Source: Synechococcus elongatus PCC 6301
GTDB lineage: Bacteria > Cyanobacteriota > Cyanobacteriia > Synechococcales > Synechococcaceae
Length of the DNA: 32,000 nt
Assembly (NCBI RefSeq): GCF_000010065.1
Contig: NC_006576.1
Location: 1,320,001-1,352,000, forward strand
Direction: 5' to 3'
Numbering within the stretch: position 1 is the stretch's first letter; each line of letters begins with the position of its first letter. The notes under the pieces were generated by a model. That model saw nothing but the letters and a program-made list of their open reading frames with translations. It did no database searches and was not told the DNA's origin. Shown piece by piece: positions 1 through 9,656 of this stretch. The position numbers and the translations under genes were made by a program.

Positions 1-1
1 G

Positions 2-874
2 ATCATCGATCGCCGCTGGGTTGTCACCGGCTCTGCCAACTGGACAGCCAGCGATTTCTTTGGCGATCCGGGCCGACCTGCCAGTCGTGGCAATGCCAAT
101 CATCTGCTCTGGTTCCGCAGCCCAGCGCTCGCAGCGATTTTCCAAGAAGAATTCAACCTGATGTGGGGCGATGGCCCCAGTAAATTGCCGGATAGCCGCT
201 TTGGCCTTGGTAAGCCCTTGCGATCGCCTAAATCGGTCCGTATTGGCAACACGCGCCTGCTGGTTCAGTTTTCGCCCACTAGTCCCCGGCTACCGTGGCA
301 GGAAAGCACCAACGGCACAATCGCCCGTTACCTCACCCAAGCCCAGAAGCAGATCGATCTAGCACTGTTTGTCTTTTCGGAACAAGCGATCGCCGATGTT
401 TTAGAAGCGCGATCGCAGCAAGGTACTCAAGTGCGACTGTTAATTGACCCTGGCTTTGCCTATCGTCCCTACAGCGAACTGCTAGATATGGTCGGCCTAG
501 CGCTTCCCGATCGCGACTGCCGGGTTGAGTCAAACAATCGCCCTTGGAGTAGTCCCCTCACAACAGCAGGAGCGCCACGACTGACGCCCGGCGACACGCT
601 CCACCACAAATTTGCCGTGATTGATCGCCAGCGCGTCCTGACCGGATCTCACAACTGGAGTGCCGCAGCCAACCTCAGAAATGACGAAACATTTTTAGTG
701 ATCGAGGACTCTAGTTTGGCCGATCGCTTTCGGGCAGAATTTGAGCGACTCTACGCTGATGCCTTCTTAGGTATTCCGCCAGCCCTGCAGCGCCGCGTCA
801 ATGAGGCGAAGCGACGCTGCGGTAGCCGAATCACTCCGAACAGCAATCAGGACTTAACCGAAACTGAGGATTGA
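2..874 (+). CDS. Phospholipase D-like (HKD) domain protein, 5'-truncated by the window edge
   Basis: The frame is open from base 2 (IIDRRWVVTGSANWTASDFFGDPG...) and continues into the listed ORF 161..874. It contains HHKFAVIDRQRVLTGSHNWSAAANLRNDE, a canonical HxKx4Dx6GSxN motif, plus the tail of a first such motif (DRRWVVTGSANW) at the edge. Confidence 0.88.
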   Translation: MIDRRWVVTGSANWTASDFFGDPGRPASRGNANHLLWFRSPALAAIFQEEFNLMWGDGPSKLPDSRFGLGKPLRSPKSVRIGNTRLLVQFSPTSPRLPWQESTNGTIARYLTQAQKQIDLALFVFSEQAIADVLEARSQQGTQVRLLIDPGFAYRPYSELLDMVGLALPDRDCRVESNNRPWSSPLTTAGAPRLTPGDTLHHKFAVIDRQRVLTGSHNWSAAANLRNDETFLVIEDSSLADRFRAEFERLYADAFLGIPPALQRRVNEAKRRCGSRITPNSNQDLTETED

Positions 875-891
875 GCCTTGGAGTCGAGGGA

Positions 892-1254
892 TTAGAACAG
901 ATCGCTGTCTGGATCGCGGGGAGCCATGCCGCCCTCTTGATCTCGGCGCGAGCCCAGCAGCTCAAGACGATTGGCCCGGACGACGGGTGTGGTGCGCTGA
1001 TTGTTGTTGCGATCAGTCCAGCTCTCAATCTTGAGAGCACCACTGATGCCGATCAGACTGCCTTTCTTGACATAGTCGATCGCAACCTGGGCTTCGCGGC
1101 CCCACATCTCAACGTTGAACCAATCAGGCTCATCATTGCGGCTGCGGCGATTGACCGCCAGGGAAAACTTACAAACGACCGAACCCGACTCAAAGTAACG
1201 AGCTTCGGGGTCACGACCGACGCGCCCCACCAAGTTGACAACATTTAAGCTCAT
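892..1254 (-). CDS. ssb: Single-stranded DNA-binding protein (OB fold)
   Basis: MSLNVVNLVGRVGRDPEARYFESGSVVCKFSLAVNRR...WFNVEMWGREAQVAIDYVKKGSLIGISG is typical of cyanobacterial SSB. The ATG at 1254 is preferred over the upstream start at 1290. Confidence 0.92.
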   Translation of the reverse strand: MSLNVVNLVGRVGRDPEARYFESGSVVCKFSLAVNRRSRNDEPDWFNVEMWGREAQVAIDYVKKGSLIGISGALKIESWTDRNNNQRTTPVVRANRLELLGSRRDQEGGMAPRDPDSDLF

Positions 1255-1446
1255 CGTGCAGTCAAACCCCTGCGCATTGCTCAGTCCCATTTTGGCAGTT
1301 GTCGGCCAACCCGCCGAGCGAATCGCTGCCTAGACTGAGTTAGCAGGAGGCGCTAGAATCCTCTGGCGTTGCAGGCCACTCCACTGCGTTTCTGGCTTGC
1401 TACTCAGCTTAATTACCGCAGCCACGTCATCAAGGCGGATTTATCA

Positions 1447-2484
1447 GTGAGTATTCTTCGGCGCTTCTCCCTCTCCCGCGACATGGGTATTGACCTAGGG
1501 ACGGCCAACACACTGGTCTATGTCTCCGGTAAAGGCATTGTTTTACAAGAGCCGTCGGTTGTCGCGATCGACCAAAACCTCAAAAAACCCCTAGCGGTCG
1601 GCTCTGAGGCCAAGTTGATGCTAGGTCGCACCCCCGGTAGTGTCGCAGCTCTGCGCCCACTGCGGGATGGTGTCATCGCTGACTTTGATGCCGCTGAGTT
1701 GATGCTCAAGCATTTCATCCGCCAAGTCCAAGAAGGGCGATCGGGCGTAGCTCGGGTCGTAATCGGCATTCCCAGCGGTGTCACGGGTGTGGAACGTCGC
1801 GCAGTGATGGAAGCGGCTACCCAAGCAGGCGCCCGAGAGGTCTATCTAATCGATGAACCGGTGGCTGCTGCGATCGGGGCAGGATTGCCGGTAGCTGAGC
1901 CGACAGGGACGATGATCGTCGATATCGGCGGCGGCACCACGGAAGTTGCCGTGATGAGCTTGCAAGGCATTGTCCTCAGCGACTCGGTGCGCGTGGCGGG
2001 CGATGAGCTGAGTGAGGCGATCGCGCAGTACCTCAAGAAAGTCCACAACCTCGTGATTGGGGAGCGGACCTCTGAGGAAATTAAAATCATGGTCGGGTCG
2101 GCCTTCCCCGACAACGAATTTGATGAGACAACCATGGAAGTCCGAGGCTTGCACTTGCTGTCTGGCCTACCTCGGACCGTCACGATCAAAGCAGCGGAAG
2201 TGCGCGAAAGCATGGCGGAGCCACTGAATGTGATTGTGGAAGCCGTCAAACGCACCCTCGAAAAAACACCGCCGGAGCTGGCTGCTGATATCGTCGATCG
2301 CGGCATTGTCCTCGCCGGTGGGGGTGCTTTGGTGCGGGGGCTCGATGAACTGATCAGCCATGAAACCGGCATCATCACCCACATTGCCCCCGACCCCCTG
2401 AGCTGTGTAGTGCTGGGCACGGGTCGCGTGCTCGAGAACTTCAAGAGTCTTGAGCGGGTGTTTAGTGCCAGCTCCCGCGCCTAG
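1447..2484 (+). CDS. mreB: Rod shape-determining protein MreB (actin-like)
   Basis: RDMGIDLGTANTLVYVSGKGIVLQEPSVVAID, IGIPSGVTGVERRAV and DIGGGTTEVAVMSL motifs. A GTG at 1447 (MSILRRFSLSRDMGIDLG) is a more plausible start than the TTG at 1369. It is followed by mreC and mreD. Confidence 0.95.
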   Translation: MSILRRFSLSRDMGIDLGTANTLVYVSGKGIVLQEPSVVAIDQNLKKPLAVGSEAKLMLGRTPGSVAALRPLRDGVIADFDAAELMLKHFIRQVQEGRSGVARVVIGIPSGVTGVERRAVMEAATQAGAREVYLIDEPVAAAIGAGLPVAEPTGTMIVDIGGGTTEVAVMSLQGIVLSDSVRVAGDELSEAIAQYLKKVHNLVIGERTSEEIKIMVGSAFPDNEFDETTMEVRGLHLLSGLPRTVTIKAAEVRESMAEPLNVIVEAVKRTLEKTPPELAADIVDRGIVLAGGGALVRGLDELISHETGIITHIAPDPLSCVVLGTGRVLENFKSLERVFSASSRA

Positions 2485-2508
2485 AGCGGTGCGGAGCAGC
2501 AGAACACG

Positions 2509-3258
2509 ATGGCGGATGTGCTGCGTTGGTTCAATCGTTTCGGGCTCCGAGTTGCGATCGCTGGTGGGTTGATCGGGGCTGCATGGATTTTGCGGCAAAC
2601 CCAAGGGTCACTCTTGGTCGAAGTCTACGCCTTGCTCACCCATCCCTTTTATCCTGGCCCCACTCAGCAAGAGTGGGTCAAGACGGCTACCGTTGCGGGT
2701 CTTGAGCAAGCGCTCTTGGAGGCAGAAGCGGAGAACCGTGTGCTCCGCCAGCAGCTAGCCCTGAAGCCGAAGCAACCAGCCGGCGCGATTTTGGCACCAA
2801 TCATCGGTCGCAGCGTCGATAGCTGGTGGCAGCAGGTCACGCTCGGGCGCGGTAGTCGGGATGGCGTCCAAGTAGGCGACAGCGTCAGCGGTCCTGGCGG
2901 TCTGGTGGGGCGCATTGTCAGCGTCTCCCTCAACACCAGCCGCGTATTGTTAATCACAGACCCCAGCAGCGGTGTGGGCGTGATGATTAGCCGATCGCGC
3001 AGTCAGGGCTATATTCGCGGCCAAGGGACCAATCAGGTCACCGTGCGTTTCTTCGATCGCGATCCGGTGGTTCGCCCCGGCGATGTCGCTGTCACTTCTA
3101 GCGCTAGTACACTCTTTCCTGCTGGCTTACCTGTGGGTGTCGTTCAAAAAATCGATCTACAGGCCACTCCTGCCCCAGAAGCAATCCTGCAGCTGTCAGC
3201 GCCGATTGGGCAGCTGGAATGGCTGACAATTCAGCGATCGGTGCCCAGCAGACCATGA
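2509..3258 (+). CDS. mreC: Rod shape-determining protein MreC
   Basis: Directly downstream of mreB. N-terminal TM segment and coiled coil, then IIGRSVDSWWQQVTLGRGSRDGVQVGDSVSGPGGLVGRIVSVSLNTSRVLLITDPSSGVGVMISRSRSQG, typical of the MreC beta domain. Confidence 0.93.
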   Translation: MADVLRWFNRFGLRVAIAGGLIGAAWILRQTQGSLLVEVYALLTHPFYPGPTQQEWVKTATVAGLEQALLEAEAENRVLRQQLALKPKQPAGAILAPIIGRSVDSWWQQVTLGRGSRDGVQVGDSVSGPGGLVGRIVSVSLNTSRVLLITDPSSGVGVMISRSRSQGYIRGQGTNQVTVRFFDRDPVVRPGDVAVTSSASTLFPAGLPVGVVQKIDLQATPAPEAILQLSAPIGQLEWLTIQRSVPSRP

Positions 3259-3902
3259 GTTTCAGTGCCGAGGAGCTGCGATCGCCCTGGTTAGCCACAG
3301 GTTTATCAGCTCTTGGGCTAACCCTCTTAATGTTGTTCCGCTTGCCAGGCTTAGAGCTAGCTGGAGTCGCGCCCCACTGGGTTCTGCTCTGGTTAATCAC
3401 CTGGGCGCCAGGCCATGCAGTTTGGCAGGGTATTATCGCTGGCATCACCTTGGGGTTCCTGCTCGATGCCCTAAGCACCCCCTACCCTACCCATGCGCTG
3501 GGGCTCGCGATCGCAGGTTGGATTCTCACCGCTGGCTATCGCCGCCGTTGGTTTAGCTTGGAACCAATTGCGCTGATCAGCCTCTGCTTTGGGCTAGCGA
3601 TTCTGCTTGAAGCCACCACCGCGCTCCAGTTTTTGATCCATTTCCGCGATGGCAATAATTGGGCACCAGAAGCGGGTAACACCGCTCAGCGGATCATCGC
3701 CGACCTCAATCGTCCTCTGCTGCCCGATCAAGCCGCAGGCATCAACCCTCGTTTTGTGGCACAACCGCTCTACTTCCTGCGGGGAATCGTCTGGGATTTT
3801 GCCCACATTGGCCTGGCCTCAGCAGTCATCACTAGCTTGTGCTTGCCACTCGTTTTCATTCCTCTGCGATCGTTCTGGCAACCGAAATGCGATCGTCTGT
3901 AA
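3255..3902 (+). CDS. mreD: Rod shape-determining protein MreD (membrane protein)
   Basis: Hydrophobic multi-TM protein whose ATG at 3255 overlaps the mreC stop (ATGA), in mreBCD order. The listed ORF start at 3219 lies inside mreC. Confidence 0.85.
   Translation: MSFSAEELRSPWLATGLSALGLTLLMLFRLPGLELAGVAPHWVLLWLITWAPGHAVWQGIIAGITLGFLLDALSTPYPTHALGLAIAGWILTAGYRRRWFSLEPIALISLCFGLAILLEATTALQFLIHFRDGNNWAPEAGNTAQRIIADLNRPLLPDQAAGINPRFVAQPLYFLRGIVWDFAHIGLASAVITSLCLPLVFIPLRSFWQPKCDRL
3507..3514. repeat. HIP1 octamer GCGATCGC (one example of many in the window)
   Basis: Exact octamer. Many further GCGATCGC copies and GCGATCG/CGATCGC partials occur across the window in both coding and intergenic DNA. 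Confidence 0.9.
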
Positions 3903-4111
3903 GGTACGACAGCTAGCTAACCACTGCCCATGTTGCTGAGGCATGCAGGATGGATAGACCTCATTCCGTCAGCACCTTTGTCTGTGGGGTGATGGTCTGT
4001 TTTTCTAGCCAGGAAGTTGACGAGCCTGACACAATTTCCCTGAGTCGGTGCGGTGACGCCAACAGATTAGTTTGAGTGGGTACTTGCTTGAGCGCTGGAG
4101 CCACAGGACAA

Positions 4112-4145
4112 GCAACAAAAAACGGGAGCCAGTGCGACTCCCGTT
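4112..4145 (-). terminator. Probable Rho-independent terminator downstream of ftsH
   Basis: Stem AACGGGAG (4121-4128) / CTCCCGTT (4138-4145). On the minus strand it is followed by a T-run (A-run at 4117-4122 on the + strand). Located just past the ftsH stop at 4169. Confidence 0.7.
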
Positions 4146-4168
4146 AGTGCTGTCAATCAAGCTGAGGT

Positions 4169-6019
4169 TTAGGCGATCGCGGCCATCCGCACTTCATTGT
4201 TGTTGAGCAGATCTTGCAGTTCTTCCGCATCAACGGTTTCTTTCTCAACCAGCATTTTGGCAAGTTGATCAAGAATCGAGCGGTTTTCAATCAACACTTT
4301 CTTGGCGCGATCATAGGCAACATCCACCAGCTGACGCACTTCGTCGTCAATCGTGGCGGCAGTCTCTTCCGAGAAGTCACGCTCGGCAGCAATGTCGCGA
4401 CCGAGGAACATGTTGCCTTGCTGGCGACCGAGGGCCACAGGGCCAAGGCGATCGCTCATCCCGAAGCGGGTCACCATCTGACGAGCCACGCGGGCGACTT
4501 GCTGCAAGTCGTTAGAAGCGCCAGTCGTCACTTCTTCCTCACCGAAGACAATTTCTTCCGCCAGACGACCGCCAAGGGCAACCGCCATTTGGTTTTGCAG
4601 GTAGGTACGGGAGTAGAGGCCCGACTCCATCCGCTCTTCGCTGGGGGTGAACCAGGTCAGGCCACCCGCACGGCCGCGGGGAATAATGCTGATTTTTTGG
4701 ACGGGGTCGTAGTCAGGCATCAAGGCACCGACCAAGGCGTGACCAGCTTCGTGGTAAGCCACCAAGACTTTGCGTTTTTCGCTCATGACGCGGTCTTTCT
4801 TCTCAGGACCCGCCAAGACGCGATCGATCGCATCGTTGACTTCATCCATCGAGATTTCTGCCAAGCTGCGGCGAGCAGCCAGAATCGCGGCTTCGTTCAG
4901 CAGGTTGGACAGATCCGCACCGGTAAAGCCAGGCGTCCGGCGGGCGATTTTGTCGAGGTCGATATCTTTGCTGAGGCTCTTGCCACGAGCGTGAACGCGC
5001 AGGATTTCCAGACGACCGTTGTAGTCGGGGCGATCGACCACCACTTGGCGATCGAAACGACCGGGACGCATCAAGGCCGCATCCAAGACATCAGGACGGT
5101 TGGTCGCCGCAACGATGATGATGCCGCTGTTGCCCTCAAAGCCATCCATTTCGGTCAGCAACTGGTTGAGGGTTTGCTCACGCTCGTCGTTACCACCGCC
5201 GAGGCCAGCACCGCGCTGACGACCAACGGCGTCGATCTCATCGATGAAGACGATGCAAGGCGCACTGGCTTTGGCTTGCTCGAACAGGTCGCGGACGCGG
5301 CTAGCGCCGACCCCGACGAACATTTCCACAAACTCGGAGCCAGAGATGCTGAAGAAGGGAACGCCTGCTTCGCCAGCCACGGCTTTCGCCAACAGGGTTT
5401 TACCGGTACCGGGAGGACCCACTAGCAGCACGCCTTTGGGAATTTGTGCACCGACGGCGGTGAAGCGATCGGCGTTTTTGAGGAAGTCGACGACTTCGGT
5501 CAGTTCCAGTTTGGCCTGATCAATCCCCGCCACATCGTTAAAGGTGACTTGGGTTTGCGGCTCCATTTGGACGCGAGCTTTGCTCTTGCCGAAGTTCATT
5601 GCCTGGTTGCCAGGGCCACCTTGGGCACGGCGCAGGATGAAGAACAGACCCACGAGCAAGAGGATCGGGAAGAAGAGGCTGCTCAGAGCCCGCAGCCAAA
5701 CGCTGTCTTGGTTCTGAGGACGGACGGAGATATCGACGTTGTTATCGGTCAGGATTTTCAGCAGTTGCGGGTCGTTGGGCAGATTGACCTGCACTTTGTC
5801 GCCGTCTTCGGCTTGAACCAGTGCCGAGCTGCGATCGGGACTGAGGATAACCTTAGCGACTTGCTTGTTTTCCACGCGCTGGACAAACTCGCTATAGCGC
5901 CAGGTCGCCACGGTTTCCGTGCCGCGCTGATCCAGTAAAGCGGTCCCCAAAGCGATCACCACGATCGCGAGTAGTGCGTAGAGGCCGGCGTTTTTCCATC
6001 GTTTCTTCACAGGGGCCAA
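4169..6019 (-). CDS. ftsH: ATP-dependent zinc metalloprotease FtsH
   Basis: N-terminal TMs, Walker [12 protein letters not shown] region [22 protein letters not shown], zinc motif HEAGH, C-terminal [18 protein letters not shown]. Confidence 0.98.
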   Translation of the reverse strand: MAPVKKRWKNAGLYALLAIVVIALGTALLDQRGTETVATWRYSEFVQRVENKQVAKVILSPDRSSALVQAEDGDKVQVNLPNDPQLLKILTDNNVDISVRPQNQDSVWLRALSSLFFPILLLVGLFFILRRAQGGPGNQAMNFGKSKARVQMEPQTQVTFNDVAGIDQAKLELTEVVDFLKNADRFTAVGAQIPKGVLLVGPPGTGKTLLAKAVAGEAGVPFFSISGSEFVEMFVGVGASRVRDLFEQAKASAPCIVFIDEIDAVGRQRGAGLGGGNDEREQTLNQLLTEMDGFEGNSGIIIVAATNRPDVLDAALMRPGRFDRQVVVDRPDYNGRLEILRVHARGKSLSKDIDLDKIARRTPGFTGADLSNLLNEAAILAARRSLAEISMDEVNDAIDRVLAGPEKKDRVMSEKRKVLVAYHEAGHALVGALMPDYDPVQKISIIPRGRAGGLTWFTPSEERMESGLYSRTYLQNQMAVALGGRLAEEIVFGEEEVTTGASNDLQQVARVARQMVTRFGMSDRLGPVALGRQQGNMFLGRDIAAERDFSEETAATIDDEVRQLVDVAYDRAKKVLIENRSILDQLAKMLVEKETVDAEELQDLLNNNEVRMAAIA

Positions 6020-6116
6020 TCCTCCTTGGATCGTCTCGGCGGATGTAAAGGGACTAACTCGTCAGTGTAACGAGGGGAAGTGTTAATTAATATTAACCAC
6101 TTTCAGAAAAGTCGGA

Positions 6117-8132
6117 TCAGCTTTGTTGCCATGCGATCGCCAAAGTGGCCCAAAGCGATAGGGGTAGCAGCGGATCGCCACTGGTCGTCAGGCCCTCATC
6201 TGCGCTTGCAGCCTGCAGATCTGCGACCAATGCTTCCAGCACCTGACTGGGATTCGCCAAGGGTTGGAGGAGTCCCCCAGTTGGGGACTGTTGAGCCGCG
6301 ATCGCCTGACGACACTGCTGGAGTGGCGCAGCGCTGGCGATCGCCCAGACAACACCACTGGTAAGCCCCGGAAGCGGCAGTTCGCTCGTCAGGGTTCGCT
6401 CTTGACCAGCTCCCAGTTCGATCGCGGGCAGGAGCGGCAGAGGTTCCGCTTCTGCTTCGCCCTCGTCTGAGACCAGCGGAGTGCCTGTCCAGCCCCAGAC
6501 CCACCAGCGGCCTTGGCGATCCTCCAGCAGCAGCAGTAATTCGGCGGCCCGATCGCTGTAGCTGCGGAGAGCCCAAGTTTGGGTGGTAGTTACGACCGGA
6601 GCGATCGCAACTTCTGAGCCCGGATCAGGGAGCGGCACAGCTGCAGTCTGACGCTGTGCCAGTTGTTTCTTGCGATCGCCCGATCGCCAAGTCCAGCTCA
6701 CAGGGAAACTTTCGGGACCGTCATTGAGCAGCTGGCTGAGTCGCTGCCGCGCCTGCCACAGGGGTAATTGCTGTTTGAGGGCATGACCGAGATCTTTGAG
6801 GGTCTTGCCCATGCACTGCAGACGATCGCGCCGTTGCGCATCCACCAAACGATAGCCATCGCGATCGCTGTGAAGAAGGAGTCCCTGACAAGTCGTTTCG
6901 AGAGCAGAAGCTGTTGTCACCGTCGGCAAGGTCGATAGAGCACTGGCCAAATCGACCCGTTCAATTCGCTCAATTTCTGGGGAACAGCCAAGGACGAGCG
7001 CAGGCGCTGCGGGCAAATGACGCACCGCCTCCTGCAAAACCATTCCCGACTCCAACCTCAGCCCCGATCGCAGCGATCGCAAACTAATCTGGCGACCACG
7101 CTGATCCGTCACCGCTAGCAAGGCTCCTTGAGGACTGCGGAGCTGGCTGCCAAGGGCCTCGGAGGCTTGCAAGCGTCGAGCCAGACTGATGGCTTGCAGC
7201 GGTTCACCACTACCGCGTAGTTCTGCCACACCCGCTGCCGCTCGACTCAGTTCGCTATGGCCTTTCCAGACCCCGAGCCGCGCGATCGCCTGACCTCGGT
7301 CTACGGCGATCGCATTAGCGAGTCGCTGACTGAGCTGTTGCTGGTCAGTCGTGGGTCGGCTCCAAGCCTGCTCCAACAACTGCTGGGTCAACAGCCCTCT
7401 CGGTCCAGTACGACTGGGAATTTCTGGACTGGCGGCCTGTCCGTTGGCCAACAGCACAGGTAAGGGCCAACCCGTTGGCGCTGAACGACTCCACTGATTG
7501 ACGCGCCGCCGCAGTTGCTCTTGCACCAGCTTTGCTTCCGGTGATAACTGCTCGGCAGTCGCAGTCGGCAAGCCTCGCATGAAAAAGCGATCGCTAGGGC
7601 GATCGGGTGGGCCAAAGCCAGCATCAAGACTGACCCAACCGCGTGTTGTCGTCAAACTTTGCAGCAGTAATTGCAGGGTCTGCAAACTCAAATCATTCAG
7701 CTCAGGCGCGCTCTCAGACCGACTGTCATGGACCACCAGACTCAACTCGGCGCGATCGCGACCTACTGGCTGCCAGTGCCGACCATGACTGCTGATGTGC
7801 AGGAAGACAATATCTTCAGCACCAGCCTGCCCTAAGTGATCCAAAATGGCAGACTCAATACCGTGGCGCGTTGCTTGCTCTTGGGTCAGGATCAGAATGT
7901 CATTAGGTGCAAATTGAAAGCCCTCAACGAGGAGTGCCGCTAGCTGCTGGACATCCTGCACTGCACCGTACAGCGGCGGAATGCTATCCGATTGAAATTG
8001 ATTGATGCCAACCAATAACGCCAAACGACGTTGAGCGGGCGCTGCTAGCAGCGGGAGTGGCTGCCCCAGAATCTGACCGCCCAGCCACAACAGACCACCC
8101 GCTTTTAATAGCTGTCGCCGCGTCCATGCCAT
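6117..8132 (-). CDS. Caspase-fold (peptidase C14/orthocaspase-like) protein with twin-arginine signal; probable pseudo-orthocaspase
   Basis: Starts MAWTRRQLLKAGGLLWLGG (TRRQLLK Tat-like motif), then RRLALLVGINQF...LYGAVQDVQQLAALLV.. and DIVFLHISSHG, which carries the catalytic His motif of p20 domains. The expected D-x-C-x-S-G segment reads SLDAGFGPP. ATG at 8132 is preferred over 8156. Confidence 0.8.
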   Translation of the reverse strand: MAWTRRQLLKAGGLLWLGGQILGQPLPLLAAPAQRRLALLVGINQFQSDSIPPLYGAVQDVQQLAALLVEGFQFAPNDILILTQEQATRHGIESAILDHLGQAGAEDIVFLHISSHGRHWQPVGRDRAELSLVVHDSRSESAPELNDLSLQTLQLLLQSLTTTRGWVSLDAGFGPPDRPSDRFFMRGLPTATAEQLSPEAKLVQEQLRRRVNQWSRSAPTGWPLPVLLANGQAASPEIPSRTGPRGLLTQQLLEQAWSRPTTDQQQLSQRLANAIAVDRGQAIARLGVWKGHSELSRAAAGVAELRGSGEPLQAISLARRLQASEALGSQLRSPQGALLAVTDQRGRQISLRSLRSGLRLESGMVLQEAVRHLPAAPALVLGCSPEIERIERVDLASALSTLPTVTTASALETTCQGLLLHSDRDGYRLVDAQRRDRLQCMGKTLKDLGHALKQQLPLWQARQRLSQLLNDGPESFPVSWTWRSGDRKKQLAQRQTAAVPLPDPGSEVAIAPVVTTTQTWALRSYSDRAAELLLLLEDRQGRWWVWGWTGTPLVSDEGEAEAEPLPLLPAIELGAGQERTLTSELPLPGLTSGVVWAIASAAPLQQCRQAIAAQQSPTGGLLQPLANPSQVLEALVADLQAASADEGLTTSGDPLLPLSLWATLAIAWQQS

Positions 8133-8210
8133 TCTCTGCCCCCAGCCCTCAACCATCCTAGACCGGCAAGTTGAGTGTTTTCGCGGATTAGATTGTGTCG
8201 GTTTCCTCGC

Positions 8211-8256
8211 CTGAGGGTTGCGATCGGGGCATTTCGACTTCCAACCGAACCCTCAG
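8211..8256 (-). terminator. Inverted repeat just past sat stop; possible terminator or processing element
   Basis: CTGAGGGTT (8211-8219) and AACCCTCAG (8248-8256) are perfect 9-bp complements, followed by a near-palindromic CCCTGAGGG (8271-8279). The loop is long and there is no strong T-run. Confidence 0.35.
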
Positions 8257-8279
8257 AGAAGGGGACTGAACCCTGAGGG

Positions 8280-9467
8280 CTAGACAGCCGCCACTTCGCT
8301 GTCGCTACGCATCGCCCGAATCAACTCGGCAGCCACCTCGGGCCGCGAGAATTCTGGCGGCGGTAACTCACCCTTGCGTAGCAGTTCACGGACTTTAGTC
8401 CCCGAGAGGTGAATACGCTCCTCAGGGCTGCTGGGGCTGGTTTTCGTCGAGGCCATCGCCTGCGTGCGGGTGCAGTAGAAGGCATGCTCAAACTTCATCG
8501 GCAGGATGCCGAGTTCTTCTGGTTTGAACTCATCGAAGAGGTGCTGAGCATCATAGGTACCGTAGTAGTTGCCGACACCCGCATGGTCACGACCCACAAT
8601 GAAGTGGGTACAGCCATAATTTTTGCGAATCAGGGCATGGAAGATCGCTTCTCGCGGCCCGGCATAGCGCATGGCGGAGGGGTTGATCGCCAGAATGACG
8701 CGGTCCTGCGGGAAGTAGTGCTCCAGCATGATTTCGTAGCAGCGCATCCGCACATCTGCCGGAATGTCGTCCGACTTGGTGGCACCGACCAAGGGATGCA
8801 GGAACAGGCCATCCACGGTTTCCAACGCACATTTGATGATGTACTCGTGGGCACGGTGAATGGGGTTGCGGGTTTGGAAACCCACCACTGTTTTCCAGCC
8901 GCGATCGGCAAACTGCTGGCGTGAGGCGATCGGGTCAATTTGGTAGCTGGGGAAAAGCGGATGAGCGTCCCGCTGCAGCAGCCAAATCGGGCCAGCAAGG
9001 TTGATCGGGCCTTGGGCGTAGACCACCGCCACCCCAGGATGCTGCTCTTCGTCAGTGCGGTAGACGTTGGTCGCTTCGTGGACTTTGTTGTAGCGATACT
9101 TTTGGGTCAGCTCTAGCACGCCCACAAAGCGGCCCTGGGCATCATCCAAGCGAACCCAGCCGCCCTCTTTAAGCGGCTCCGCTACTTCCTCAGTGACAGA
9201 GAGCGTGATCGGCACCGACCAAGGCAGACCATTCGCCAAGCGCATGTCGTCCACCACCGACTCGTAGTCGGTCTGGCCCATGAAGCCGTTGAGGGGGCTG
9301 AAGCCACCGATCGCAATCATCACGAGATCGGAGAGCGCCCGCTCATCCAACTGAACCCGTGGCAGGTGATCCGCCTGGGCTAAAAATTCTTGGCGCTCAG
9401 CGGCGGTGGCAATCCGCTGAATCAACTGCCCACCGTGGGGGGCAATTCCTGGCACGACTTGCGTCAC
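8280..9467 (-). CDS. sat: Sulfate adenylyltransferase (ATP sulfurylase)
   Basis: [82 protein letters not shown]-type motifs. GTG at 9467 with an upstream purine-rich GGGAGAG is a better start than 9527. Confidence 0.95.
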   Translation of the reverse strand: MTQVVPGIAPHGGQLIQRIATAAERQEFLAQADHLPRVQLDERALSDLVMIAIGGFSPLNGFMGQTDYESVVDDMRLANGLPWSVPITLSVTEEVAEPLKEGGWVRLDDAQGRFVGVLELTQKYRYNKVHEATNVYRTDEEQHPGVAVVYAQGPINLAGPIWLLQRDAHPLFPSYQIDPIASRQQFADRGWKTVVGFQTRNPIHRAHEYIIKCALETVDGLFLHPLVGATKSDDIPADVRMRCYEIMLEHYFPQDRVILAINPSAMRYAGPREAIFHALIRKNYGCTHFIVGRDHAGVGNYYGTYDAQHLFDEFKPEELGILPMKFEHAFYCTRTQAMASTKTSPSSPEERIHLSGTKVRELLRKGELPPPEFSRPEVAAELIRAMRSDSEVAAV

Positions 9468-9624
9468 AACATCTCTCCCAACTATCCATGCACCCAGACA
9501 TATCCGAGTTGAATGCCTGCAGTACAAGCTTTTGATCCTAGTCCGAAGCGGTCGCTAGACAAAAGGGCATCGAGCGATCGCCCAATGCCCCCAGTCGAGA
9601 TTTCAGTCTGAATTGACTTGTAAC

Positions 9625-9642
9625 CGCTGGTGTAAACCAGCG
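9625..9642 (-). terminator. Hairpin downstream of psbO, possible terminator
   Basis: CGCTGG-TGTAAA-CCAGCG, a perfect 6-bp stem 15 nt past the psbO stop. The T-run on the minus strand is weak. Confidence 0.45.
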
Positions 9643-9656
9643 ACTACACTTGCGCC

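Noticed and set aside
1842-2444. 200-aa minus-strand ORF opposite mreB
   Set aside because: Fully antisense to mreB, with low-complexity Ser/Thr/Pro-rich composition and no motif.
4214-5425. 403-aa plus-strand ORF opposite ftsH
   Set aside because: It lies entirely antisense to the strongly conserved ftsH reading frame, has no recognisable motif, and is the usual artefact of GC-biased codon usage.
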